Shown here piece by piece: positions 1-18,308 of a DNA stretch of 64,000 bases. This DNA comes from Oikopleura dioica (taxonomy: Eukaryota > Animalia > Chordata). The translations under genes and the position numbers were made by a program. The stretch is taken from NCBI GenBank assembly GCA_907165135.1, contig OU015569.1:12586001-12650000 (forward strand). Direction: 5' to 3'. The notes under the pieces were generated by a model. It did no database searches and was not told the origin of the DNA. It saw only the letters and a list, made by a program, of their open reading frames with translations. Numbering within the stretch: position 1 is the stretch's first letter; each line of letters begins with the position of its first letter.

Positions 1-47
1 ATTGAATTTAATATTAATAAAACTGATTTCAAGCTACTTTGATTTAC

Positions 48-2101
48 CGTGAAGACAATCTCGAAATCGTCTTCCTTTTCTTGCTCGTCCGCGACGCCTT
101 CCGAAGAACCGTTCTCGTTGGAAGGGTCTTCGTCTTGATTTTGGACCTCTATCTTGTAGTTGAAGGTCAGCTCTTCGCCAGGTTCAATGTCTTTGTTGGC
201 AAAGAGGACTGGGCACGGACGGTTGATGTTACGGTCGTCTTTAATGATCTTGTACGTCGTCAGGTTCGGGTCGCAGGAATGGTTGATCAGCCGGCTGTGG
301 TTACCCTTTCTCGAGGAGTCCACGACGTAGGCGGGAAAGTTCTTGTCGTTCTGGGTCAAGTTCATGCTGTACATGAGCCCTTTGCCCCAGATTTGATTCT
401 CCGCGAGCTTGAAGGTGTCTTCAAGCATCAATTCTCCGACGTACTAAAAGTTGATAAGACATTGTTGAAAGAAAACAACTGTTACCTCAATCACGGCTTC
501 TCCTTGTTTGAAGCGCTGCATCGCCTTCAATCCCCAACCCCGGTCGTTGTCCGTTTTGAAGATCGAAAACTTTGTGGTGTTGACGTTAGCTCGGAGTTTG
601 GACAACTGGTCCATCTTGCACGTTCCGTTTTTGCGGCAGACGCAGTTGTCAGTGCACTCGAAGATGAGGTAGCTCTCTGGATGGACGACTTTCCAGTATT
701 CGTGTCCATCGCCTTCTTCTGCAGTCACGTGCCGGTAATGTTTGTACTTTTTCCAGCTGGCTTTATGAATGCCGAGGTCGTTTTGCTGGTAGAACTTGAC
801 CGTGCATTCGCCACATTCTTCCTTGCAGAAATGCCCCATGGCTTCGGCAATTTCAAGCTGTTCTTCTAGCTCTTTTGCATACTCCGTTAGCTGCGACTTG
901 TCTCCGATGAATGTGTTTTGCTTTATGAAATCGAAAGAAAAGGGACTCTTCGAAATGTCCAACTCATTCTCTATGATCAGATTCTCTCCTAATGGGTTTT
1001 CAGCGAGTATTTCTTTCATCTTTTCGCGCTTTTCTTTGACGTAGTCGACCAAGATCATGTTCGAGTATTCTGGCGGAATTTCGTAGTTGGATCGACGAAC
1101 GATGGGCATTTTCTTGTGCGGGATGATCTTCTTTGCTGCTTCCCAAAATTGGTTTATCTGCCGGCCAAACTCGTACCGATGCGTAGAAATGTCGATTGGA
1201 CGAACCCACGTGCTTCCAAGTTCTGGAATTCCACACCATTTGACCAAGTACAAGTCCTGTCTATGCTTTCGTTTGTAGTCCAGGATGTACTCGATCTTTC
1301 GTTTCGCGTAATTCAAGTGGCGCTTTTCCCATTTGAACTAAATTTTTCTTGATTAAATTCTTTATGAAAAGAAGTGTTATCTTACCAGGTCTCGGTAGTG
1401 GTCGATGCGAACGATTTCGGCAGCAGTTGCGTTGGGCATCATCTTTTCCGTCGGGTAGAATTCGCCTTCGTATTCAACAGGCGTTGAGGACGGTGAACCA
1501 TCCTCGTTGAGGGCGGCTTCGACATCTTCTGGTCCTCTTGGTCGATAGAACCAGGGCTTTTCGTCTTCGCTTTCCGTCCATGGATACTTCTTCTTCAGCA
1601 GTCGAGCGCGGCTTTCATGATTATTCCTGAACCAAATCATAAGCAAAGAAATGTCGTGAAAAGTAGTTACTTACACGGAGTTTTCGAACGAGTCAGCGAC
1701 TTCCCCCAGAAACGCTATTGAAGTTAGTCTGGGGAATCGGCACTTCTTGAGTTTATATTTTCCGACGTCGTCGGAGGAAATCTTCAAGAGGACGCCGTCT
1801 CCCTCCTTCAATTTGTCCAGTTTGCTGGGCCTCCCTCTAGACCGTTTTCGCTTCTTCTTGGGAACGGCGGGGAGGCTTCTGGCGAGAGATCGACAGTTTC
1901 TTTCACACGGAGGACTGGGTTCGATACGCTTCTTTCTCGCTGCGATCGTGGACGCTTTATTGGGGACACCTCGGTTGTGGAGTCCAGCGAGCCCGAAGAT
2001 CGAAGATTGTCCCGCTGCGAAGGCATCAAAATCGAAGCAGCGGCGTTGAGGTCGTTTCTCTTTGTCTCATCAATGTCCGATTCCGATAGCGATGGCGGCA
2101 T
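48..2101 (-). CDS. SUV39H: SUV39H-like H3K9 methyltransferase (AT-hook-like motif, chromodomain, pre-SET, SET); multi-exon, 3' end lies beyond the left edge
   Basis: Chromo-like IEYILDY..LYLVKWCG..STW. Cys-rich ECTDNCVC. SET motifs RGWGL, E|YVGE (intron 444-485), GNHSRLINHSCDPNL and EELTFNY. GT donor at 47 continues off-window. The 5' exon has a frame discontinuity. Confidence 0.8.
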
Positions 2102-2414
2102 TATTCATCTGAAAGTAGGCAAAGTTAACATAAGATGTTAAAATGTGAGTTTTAGTTTCAGTTTCAAAAAGTCCCTCGATCACTCTTGGCCAAAAAGCCT
2201 CTTGCGCTTGAGGTTGGTAAAAATAGTTTTCTGAATCGAGACTCGAAGACCTGGAGTCGTGGAAAAACGCTTATCACACGAGAAAGGGAGTAGTTACTAG
2301 ATGTTGTCGGCAGGTTTACACGATAAAAAGAAAATTTAGGTACGGTGCCAAAAAATAGAGGGAGTAGCTAGGAACGAATACGAGTGAGCGAGGGGATGAG
2401 AGTTTGGTGCGTTT

Positions 2415-2916
<502 letters not shown>

Positions 2917-3279
2917 TCAAAAGAGCAGTCTGAAAAATATAATGCTTATCGGATGTTCAAGAACATAATGTTCAACTGATAGGAGAATCAAATTAGCTTC
3001 GAGTCTTTGTGTGATTTTCAACGGCTTAAAGACCGTATAGGTTTTTATAGGGAGGGGTACGGGTGTCAATGTTCTGTGAGATCTTAACTTTAAAGTTAGC
3101 CAATAACAATAATACCCAGAAGATTCACCACAAAAAATAATGTAGACTTTACTTGAAATGAGTTGATATGATAAATCATACTACTACTATATAAATACAG
3201 TTTTTGAGATACGGGCATGAGAACTTTGACCGGAAAAAAAATTTGACTCGGACTTGTCTTCCGGGGCAGAGTTCGAAAT

Positions 3280-3725
3280 TTGCTGGCAGTACTGCCACGA
3301 CAATTTTGGCAGTCACTTGGCAGTGGCAGTTAAATTTTTCAAATACTGGCAGTTACTGGCAGCTGCCAATTTCAAATTTTAATTCTGCCACTTCGAAAGA
3401 TATTTATTTTGCTTTCTAGAACGACAAAGAGATACAACGTCAATGATCAAAGCTTGCTCCAGAGACCTATTTTCTTCAATTTTTTCTATCAAAAGAGACA
3501 TTCATATTTTGGAAAAAGTTCCTTTTATATGTTCAACTTGTCGAAAAGACTGCTTTTCACTTGGTTTGACTTTAAAAAATATATAAACAGTATAAAAGTT
3601 GGCAGTTTTCGGCAGTCAACTGGCAGCTGCCAGTGGCAAATGCCGATTTCGGCAGTCACTTGGCAGTGGCAGTTGAAATTTAAAATGGCTGGCAGTCACT
3701 TGGCAGTGGGAGTCGGCATTTCCTT
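3280..3725. repeat. TGGCAG-rich dispersed short repeats (TTGGCAGTCACTTGGCAGTGGCAG unit, about 3 copies)
   Basis: Near-identical units at about 3306, 3650 and 3690, plus many solo TGGCAG/CTGCCA. Confidence 0.75.
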
Positions 3726-4409
3726 TGAGATTTCGAACTCTGTTCCGGGGCGAGTTTGAATGCGCAGAGCACAAGGAATATAATGGTCTTTATCTTTAAT
3801 TTAACAAAATATTTTGGATTCTAGAGCAGATACAGCTATTTTCCTCTTTTGTGGACATTTTTTGTCCCAAATTTTCGTAAAAATATCCACAAAAGTGGAC
3901 AAGAGTCTCCAAAAGAAAGGACTTTAAAATTTTTACTTCGATAAATTTTTCGTCGAATAGTAGCAAATTTTATCATCGAAACGCCTTTCTTTTGCCTTTT
4001 TACCATTTTTGGTAAATAAAACCATATATATACCATTGATTTTTTAGAAAAAAACTCCTGATTTTTTGAAAAAAAACACCATATTTCTTCCTCTCGAATT
4101 TTCTGAGCTTAACAAATGCCCACAAAACCGGAACCAGTGTTTGAAAAAAAATGTTTGAATCCCGCGGGGGCCGTCTCAGCCTAACCCTTCCTTGATTTTT
4201 TGATTTAAGGGGCTTGACCCGCACCCGCGCAAAATTTTGGAATCAGCCCCCGCGCCCGCCCGCAACCGCGCAAAATTTTGGAATCGGCCCCCGCGCCCGC
4301 CCGCGGAAAATGTTGCGGGTTTTCAAACACTCACCGGAACATAGTCCTTGCAAAAGTGTCCCGTTTATTGAATTCGTCGGCTTGGCCCCTAACTGAATCG
4401 TTTAAAAGA

Positions 4410-4625
4410 AAAAGCCTCCCCTTCGGGTTCCCGTCGCAGGCTGAATTTAAAAACTAAACTGGCCTCTCCTTTGGATTGGCCTGGCCCCGTCGCAGACTGA
4501 ATAGAATAAACGGAACTGGCCTTACCTTCGGGTCGGCTTGGCCCGTCGCAGACTGAATTGAATAAACGAGACTGGCCTCCCCTTCGGATCGGCTTCGCCC
4601 CGTCGCAGACTGAATTGATAAAAGA
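4410..4625. repeat. Minisatellite of about 56 bp, 4 copies
   Basis: CCCGTCGCAG(A/G)CTGAAT recurs four times at 55-58 bp spacing, with similar intervening sequence. Confidence 0.85.
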
Positions 4626-4714
4626 TGAACTGTCTTGAACCACGACGAACTAGTCATGGATCCTAGTAGTTTGGTTCGAATATCTGTTCAAAAGACTTCT
4701 TTAGACTAATGCTG

Positions 4715-4955
4715 CATTTCGATAAACATATTTCAGCATTTTGTGGATATAAATAGCGTGAACCGCTCTAAACCGCTGTGAACCGGTTGCTAAGCCAAGT
4801 GGTTTCGTTCAAAAATCTGTTTAAGGGACTTCTCATGTGTAGAAAAGCATTTTGATAATAATATTTCAGCATTTTGTTGATAATAAGAGCGTGAACCGTT
4901 TTGAACCGCTGTTAACCGATCGGTCAACCAAGTGGTTTTGTTAGAAAATCTGTTG
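4715..4955. repeat. Tandem duplication of about 134 bp
   Basis: ATATTTCAGCATTTTGT..AGCGTGAACCG..CCAAGTGGTTT..AAAATCTGTT occurs twice. Confidence 0.75.
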
Positions 4956-5535
4956 GAATGACTTGTTATCAAAAAATATGCATTTTGATATACATATTGC
5001 CGGATCTCAACCCATCTAAAGGCTTGAACCGCGACGAACCGCCAGAGTGACCAGCTGGTTCCAAAAATATCACCTCGATGAATTAAGTGATTAATGAGCT
5101 CCAAGAAAAGCTATCGATCGTTATCATAGCACGCCCAGAATAAAAGTTGAAATTCTTGAATTCACGTATCTGGTACTTTCAGTAAACTTTGAGACGCTAG
5201 AAAAATTTTTTCGAACCCTGACCCTGACCCTGAACTCAGGTTGCCGAGCCCAGTTGATGATTCAGAAGCGTCTTCTCTTTCTTTTAGATGTTCTTTTTTT
5301 TCTGGTATCAATGCTTGGATTAGGATGAGTGTCTTTACCTGTAGTCTTTGTAGATTATCTCTTATTCTCAACAAATAATTAAAGTCTCTTATTGTCAGGG
5401 AAACCTGGTTTTAATTTAATAGTTAAAAAAATCCGAGCGACACATGTGGCCAATCATAATTTGCGGAGGCGGGGAATCGTTGAATTGAGGGGCGCCCGAG
5501 AGTCCTTAACCCCATGAGTCGAACTGGATGGCATA

Positions 5536-5915
5536 AACACTGTTTTTTTTAGGTTGACCCTCGGGTTTTCCGACCCCCTTAATTTGCTTCAGGGCATGAG
5601 CTACCCCCTTACAATCAATAGTCGAAATGATCCCCGTGATCTGGCGGTTCTAAAAATGCATTATGTCAGTGTCTACCCATACTAGAATCCAAGCAATTTT
5701 ATGCTTGTTTTCCTTAAAAAATGACTATTTTCCGCTTGGCCTCTCTTCAAAGGGGTCATTTGAGGTCATATGACCTCCCCAGGGTCACAAGACCCAGTCG
5801 AGGCAACGCAGTAGAGTCTGGGCTTTCAGAAAATGTATAGATGTATGGGGCTACCACATAAGGGTTTTGAATACGGTTGGGACAAAGTCAGGGTCAACCT
5901 AAAAAAAACACTGTT
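5536..5915. mobile_element. MITE of about 380 bp, possibly Tc1/mariner-like
   Basis: TIR ACACTGTTTTTTTTAGGTTGACCC versus GGGTCAACCTAAAAAAAACACTGT. Internal GGTCA/TGACC repeats resemble those at about 33340-33530 and 35090-35150. Confidence 0.6.
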
Positions 5916-6757
5916 ATAACCCCATGAAAATCTGCATTAAACAAACAGTATCCGGGACTTCAATGAAATAACTACTGTATCTACTGTTCATTCCGTATTT
6001 ATTCATTCTGTATTCGAACATGCTTTTCCATTATATATATATATTATATATATTCATATTGTGATACCATTCAGAGGCAAAATTAAAGGCGTAATGGAGC
6101 CTCTGATGCAATTTACTTTTAACTTCTCATTTTCGGTTATCTCTGGAACATTGGTTGGGATTAGGGTTGTTTTTCGGTTTTTAATCAGTTCTGCAGTTTC
6201 ACAAGAAAAAGTAAGTTTGTCTGTTCTTAAGGATGCTCAAGCGAATTCAAGGCGAGGCTCTGATAATGGAAATACTCTTCCGAAAACGTTAAGCCACTTT
6301 GCTTCTGCAATAAATCACGAACTCATATATATATATATATATCTACATAATTTTGCAGTTCCCGATATTGAATCGCATCAAAATTTTACTGGCTATTTTG
6401 TGACTATTTGTGAAATATGATTTAAAATTACAATAACTTATAATTTTTGAATGAACTTGTATTGGAATTTTCGGATAGTTGAGGAAAGATTATTACAGCA
6501 GTTAAAAAGGTCTTGGTCCATACTGAGCTAGTACATGCCAGAATGTAGAAAGAGTGAAGCTGGAGCTTTGTTAGGCAGAAATCCTTTTTAAATATATGTA
6601 CAGTCACGAAAGGATATAACGAAGATCCGTTTTTTTTCAGAATAAGAAAGAAATAGAAAGGAAGACAGGGTTTGAAAATTTTTGAGATTGAACAATTGAA
6701 AATGAACTCATTTGTCCAGGATGGGAAGTTTACCGGAAGATAGGAAAGAGAAGGATT

Positions 6758-9752
<2,995 letters not shown>

Positions 9753-9886
9753 TCTAGCGAAGCGAAATTGAGGAGCAAATTATTACTGGGTAAAGGGTGT
9801 GTTCGGCAGTTGATAAAGGAGGTAGAATTCTGGCAAGAAGACTGTGTCTGTGAAAATTTGAACAAAACAGTGATTCTAAACTGGAT

Positions 9887-11104
9887 CTAAAGCTGGATAG
9901 AGTTTTTGACGTGTCGCTCAAAATTGAACTTGAGGCCGTCTTCTTCAATCGTGAATGTCTCCGACGTGAATTTTGGCGAAGGCTCGAGTCGGTATTCAGC
10001 CTCCAAGAGCTTGTAAAGGTCTGCTACGTGTGTATCGCAACCTGAAAAGAGTAATAAATTGAGGTCGTATTATTAATTGTCTTTTGCACATGGCTCAATA
10101 AAGGGAGACTTACAGAAGTCGCGCTGAACCCGCGTCAAGTAGATTTCATCGACAAAAGCGTCTTTGAGCGCTCGATTGTAGAGCGTCGCGCCGCCGATGA
10201 TCCATTTCGCCGCGGCGCAGTGATGTTTCTCGGCGTAGTCGATCGCCTCTTCTAGCGATGTGCATTTGACGAAGTTCTCGCTCTCCAGCGTGTTGGTGAT
10301 GACGATGTTAACTCTTCCCTGCGCACAAATATGAGTTTAAAAAGTGAGTAAAAAAGTGAGCTAGGATTTTCCCTGTTTCGTTGGGTTTTTATTTGACTGC
10401 TCGAGTAGATAGGGAGCTAGAGTAATTAACTAGTCATTCGATTGGCATACTATCGCCCCGGGCTTCAGACTTCAATCTAATAGCGGTAGCTACAGTAACC
10501 GTCATTACGCTACAGTATGAAGTTGATGTCAGGACATGTCTACGTGCCAATCAGTTATGCCGCTGAAAGTCCAGGAATATTAGAAAAGAAATGTCTAGAA
10601 ATGTTTCGAATGGGTCAAGCTGTCTATGAATGTCGATGCCCCGTACTTATTAACATAGGTAAAACTAATAGATACCAATAAATGCCAGTAGAAGTTAGCG
10701 GTAAAAATTGATGTCTAAAGGTGTCTATGCCAAATGTCTATGGATTTCTTTAGATATTGATGGATATCTTTGAGATGTCTAATAGACGTGTCAACACTGT
10801 TTGAAATGTCAAATTATGTCAATTGATGTTCATAGAAGGCTACGGATGTCATTATACAAGATAGAATGTCTCTGATGTTTCCATGCGAAGGTACTTTTAC
10901 CTTTAGCGGTCGAAACTTCTCCGGAATGGACTGCCAAGTATTCCGGCCCATGACAACGACGGATTCCCTCTCAGCCGAGCCTCTCGTCAACTTTTGAAAG
11001 TGCTTGAGATCTTGTGGAATTTTCCAGGGTAGATCGTTGCGCAATCCGATTCCGCCTTTGAGATCGGCGGCGAGAATCATGTTCCAACCTTTCCCGCCTT
11101 TCAT
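9887..11104 (-). CDS. DHFR: Dihydrofolate reductase, 3 exons (11104-10901, 10318-10114, 10041-9887)
   Basis: GIGLRNDLPWKIPQDLKHF, VVMGRNTWQSIP, RPLK|GRVNIVIT, WIIGGATLY, IYLTRVQRDF|CCDT. GT-AG junctions are in phase. Confidence 0.95.
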
Positions 11105-11236
11105 TCTTTTTTCTCGAACTCAAGTATCTCTTAAAAAAGAAGTGTTTTTTTTTCATTTTTTTCGATTCGTTTTGAATTTCAGCCAGTAGCGCGCGGGAGA
11201 ATTTGAATCTATAAAAGCGGCGATAACGAAGAGTAA

Positions 11237-13594
<2,358 letters not shown>

Positions 13595-13595
13595 T

Positions 13596-13834
13596 TAATT
13601 AATAATTATGCACGAATTTACTCTTACGAAAAGCTCTTTTGTAATTCCTGTTTGACCAATCAAAATGGTCAGAAAAGGCTTCCCTCCAATCAAAACCCTT
13701 GATTTTGAGGTAAGCGATAAAAGAAAATTCATGAGTTTTGATTGGAAGAAAGTCTTTTTTGAGCAGTTTGATTGGTCGAATAAGGATTTTAAAAAATCTC
13801 ATATGGAAAATCAATTCATGCATAATTATTAATT
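13596..13834. mobile_element. AT-rich foldback element or MITE
   Basis: AATAATTATGCACGAATT versus AATTCATGCATAATTATT, with inner GACCAATCAAA / TTTGATTGGTC inverted pair. Confidence 0.55.
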
Positions 13835-14834
13835 GAGTTGTTTAAAACTTATAAGCACATAAAAAGTCAGTCGAGAAAAAGTCGTTTTTTTTTTGGTTTA
13901 TTGTACCCAAGTTTCGCCAAGTTTGTCCGTGTTTACAAGAAAATTATTAAATACAGAAATTAGATAGTTATGGTTGTTTCAGGGAGGAAAAATGCGTTCG
14001 TAAAACAATTGAAGCCAACTTCGAAGATAGCAGAGAATTCATACAGGGATATTTGATTAATTGAGTTTCTTTTTTTTTTTTCGTCGCGAAGGATAGAATT
14101 TCGGAACTTTCAATTTCAAGCTGAATGCGAATCCACAACAGACTGCTTCTACGCGTCTGGATTGTTTTCCTCTTCGTCTGATTCTTTGGCTTTTCAATAA
14201 TTTATAATTAAAGGAATAGGCTTCAAGAACTCTACTTTTCTTCGATAATCTACGATAGAAATTCTAGGCTCGGCGACCTGTGTAGAAACCTGAGTCAGAA
14301 GACTGGCTCTCATTTAGGGCCTTGACTCAGGTTTCTAAGCAGATTTTCTCGCCTTAAAATAAGGGGTTCTCTATGATAAGTTATCATTAATGACAATTAA
14401 AGATTTGAGCTTTGAACTCTGGAAGAATTTTTCTATATTTTAAGCCCTGGACCTAGAAGATGGGAATACTCTGCGGTCGATCCGTTTTGCGTTGTCGTGG
14501 TTTGTCTCTTTGTGTTAATATTAAGCTGACTGTCATCAACGTTGCGGAAGGCATGCAAAAGGAAAATCCCTGATTGACGTTCGAACTCTTTTTTTTTCAT
14601 TAAACTTTTATTTCATTTTTGTCGAAAGAAAAGGAAAAAGCGAGGTTGAGCAAAGTTGAAAAAAGTACAAATTTTAAAGGCGTTTTTGAGCGGAGCTATA
14701 TTTTTGTTAGACATGGCACTTTTTTGAAGACTTTTTGCGATTTTTTTTTAATGAATTGAAGAGAGGTAAAAGTAGTACTGGTGCAAAACTATCCTTTTGA
14801 TTTTTGATTTGGAAGAAGTCAGCAATAATTGAGG

Positions 14835-14950
14835 CTGGGCTCGGGGACTGTGTGGAAACCTGAGTCAGGGTACTGAAACAGCTTTAATTAAAAGCTGCGG
14901 AGCTCTCTTAGGACACTGACTCAGGCTTCTAGACAGGTTGCCGCGCCCAG
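14835..14950. mobile_element. hAT-type MITE, family A (CTGGGCTCGGCAACCTGTG..AAACCTGAGTCAGGG TIR)
   Basis: Palindromic. 8-bp flanks AATTGAGG / AATCGAGG (7/8 match). Confidence 0.85.
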
Positions 14951-15175
14951 AATCGAGGCTTTAGTCGTCGACTCTCAAAACGAGCAACAAAGACGACTAC
15001 ATCCTTAATAAGATTTGAGTGTTTTTTGAAGTAAAAAATCATCAATTTGGCAATTTCGATTTTGAAGATTATTGAAAAAAAACATTCTTATTCGAAGATT
15101 GAACTGTCAAGATCAATTAACTGTAGTACAAACTGTATGTGGACTGTTACATACTGTAAAATCGACTAGTTCTAG

Positions 15176-17253
15176 TTACACTTGGCTGGCGTTAGTGCAG
15201 GCAGACTCAAAGTCCCGGACAGAGGCCTTGGTGGTCACCCTTGTGTCAAAAAACTCGGTGATCTGAGCATCCGCACTGGGCAGCTCGTCCCCGTAATCAT
15301 TCACTAAAAATGGGGTCAAATTTGTCTTCCTCCGAAATCGAAATCGGCTATTTATTTCAACCCCACGGACCTTCGTCTTTCAGCCTTCCAAACATTTTGA
15401 GTTCGAGCGTGCCTATTTCAAAATTAAGATAAGAACGAGTTTTTTTGAATTACCTATAATGATGACTCCGAATCCAGCCAGGGTTCCAACAATGTCTTTT
15501 TCGAGATGCAAAATGTTAACTTTTAATTTTTCTCGGCCAATAAAAGGTCCTGGAAATGTTCCTTTTAAAGAGAAGTCTGTATGTTTCAAGCGAAAATCTA
15601 ACACAGGAGTCCTTGGACAAGGAATTTCCCGACCAATGAGACTTCTGATGGCAGGCTCGATGAAAGATTTCGTTATCAAAAGATAGCTCTGCAGGATTTT
15701 TGATTAAAACCTACAGAGGGTTCTGCTGATAAAGAATATCTTCATCAACGACCTCGGATTGACCAAAAAATGACGGTCTCGCTCGGACTATGGTGTATCA
15801 GAGGCGCCCGCCATCGAAATGGACCTATTTAGCTCGATTGGCTCAAAATATCTTTGAAAATTTCGCATCCCTTGCCCATAATCGACATTCCCTGCCACTC
15901 CTTGTACAGAATCGCGGAACAGGTGAGCACACACGTCGTAAACATAACATAATAAATCGGCGTGACGATGGAAGTATTGAAGATATCGAGCGATTTGTTG
16001 AGATAGTTGATCTGCGTCGAGATCGACAGAATCAGGCAGACAATCAAAAATACGTCTAAAACAGGCATTTTCATTTGATCTCAAGTTTTCGAAGCTAACC
16101 AGTGGCTCGGTGAACGGATTGGGCGAGTCAGCGTCGAAGAACTCTTTCCCAACGAGCGAGACGCCCTTAACGCAGGCGACGGAGAAGGAGCCAAGCAAGG
16201 AGCAGATGATGATGTAAATGAGAATATTCGTCGTTCCGTGCTTCGGCGCCACTTTGAAAATTAACACCATGCTGACCGCCAGAGCAACTCCAGCGTAAAC
16301 TAAATCACTGAGCAGCCCGTTTTTCGATAATCATCTTACGCAAAAAGCCTGGCTCCATCATCATCATCCCGAGCTCTTTGAGATCGTTGACGGATTCGTC
16401 TTTTGGCGCGTGGATCACCATTATCGTACTTCCTTCGATTGGATTTTCAGACGAAAAAGATAGAAGCTTGCTAACCTGGGCTCGACAACTTGGTTGCCAA
16501 GCCCAGGTGGGTTTTGAATTTAATCGGGCAATCTTTCTCCGGCTGTAGCTCAAAAGTTTTCAGTTCGTCTGTCAATCCGGCCCTAAGATAGCAAGCATGC
16601 ATCCCATCTTGCCATGAAGATTCAACCTTTCATTCAAGAACTTTGCGCTCAAAACAGCGGTCACTAGGACGGACAAAGCACCAAGAGGTGTTACTGTTTC
16701 CCGTTCGCAACAATCCTTCGATAATAAATCAAACTCAAGTGCTTGTTTCGAGTTGCGAACGGTTCCTAGTGTAGCAGGAGCGAAGCCATAAGCGAGGAAG
16801 TTTGCAGCTTCGCCGATTCCCATTGTGATGATTCCAGCCCACCAGACGGGCTCGAAGAGATACGCATGTCCACCAGCACCAGCGCGAGCAGCACCCTAAA
16901 AATTGGGGTTATTGTCTGACGTGAACATCTTTATTCAAGTTTATTTTGTCTTTATTTACCCTAGCTTCGAGTCTAAGGAGCCCCTTTTTCTTGAGAATGA
17001 AACTTGTTCCGATGAAAATGCTGCTGCTGACAGCCAAACTCAAACCGATGAAAAAATCGCGCTGGGAGACCTTTTCGTCCAGGGGCACAAAATCCGTGTC
17101 TGCTACATCTCCATCTAGGGACTTATTTCAAAAGGTGAAAAGGCAGGAAGTCGACTTACGAGCTCCAGCGGCCGGAAGTTCCATCGTTTCATTTTGCGCG
17201 AGATCGGCGACTCCGCTCTTCGGCCGGGGAAAAGGTTGATCCAAGCCAATCAT
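15176..17253 (-). CDS. NIPA2: NIPA2-like magnesium transporter, about 9 exons including GA-AG, GG-AG and GC-AG introns
   Basis: [52 protein letters not shown]|[61 protein letters not shown]. Confidence 0.93.
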
Positions 17254-18308
17254 TCAACCAAACATTATCGAACTCTAGAATATCGCAAATTACACTGAGT
17301 CCGTTATCTTTGCTAAAAATGCTGTCCCTGGGTCGACTACATGTGTAAAAAACCTGTGTCAGGGTCCTAAAAGAACATTAAAAATAATATCATAAGTTAT
17401 GATTCATAATAGCTCTTCGAAGTCCTGACTCAGACTTCTGCACAGGTTGCCGATCAATTGGTGAAAATCGAGAGTATAGAATAGAATCACGCGCTAGTCA
17501 GATTTTATGATACGAGAAGAGTGGTTTTGATGATTTGTTTGTAGTAAGCAAAGAATGGTATTATTTCGCGCCGCGAAACAGGTTTGAAGGGCTACCAATG
17601 ACCACCCCAAATAGACCCCTAGGTTTGTCTTTTGTTTTGGAGTAAGGTGATTTAATGAACCATCGTTTTTTAAGGGAGTATACGGTCAGCAAATTCTTTT
17701 TCTTTGAGAGAATCCCATAATTTTGGTTCCATACGCAAAATAAGATAAGGGTGTCTCTATTTTAACTCATAGTAATAATTGTAAAAAAGGGCTCTTATGA
17801 TGGGTACCCCTTAAAATCGAGTTTTAACATATTCTTGGAAAAACATAAAATGTTGTTTAGGCGAGTTACGAATATGAATACAGAGAGTCGTTTTAAATCA
17901 CTTCCGGAACAAAACTCAAGAACTAGGCCACTTGGGTCAGTTCAACTTAACTCTCTCCTTCTGTAAATACAAAACAGTGTATTTAGTGTTTCAAATACAG
18001 CTTCCAACATACAGTAATACTATCCCTTCATCGAATAAAATCTATTAAAAAATTAAATAAATAATCGAAATTTTCTGTTATCTTTTTAATAATTCTTCTT
18101 CATTTTTTCTAGAATTTCTCGAAGAAGTTTTTCTTTCGCGTATTTTCGTATTTCTTGGTAAATCTCTGGGAGAATAGTAAACAGTCGTCTTTGCTCTGTT
18201 CAAATTTAGTGATTCGCCTCGGGCCAATCAGCGCCACTGGAGAATCTATCCAAAAATCTACAAAAGAAAAAAAGAAAAGAAACAGAGTCTTCTTCATACA
18301 GTAGTACT

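Noticed and set aside
39-869. 276-aa plus-strand ORF
   Set aside because: It is the antisense shadow of the SET and pre-SET exons and has no independent motif.
4410-4625. CRISPR-like regular repeat
   Set aside because: The spacers are similar to each other, the context is eukaryotic and there are no cas genes. It is a minisatellite.
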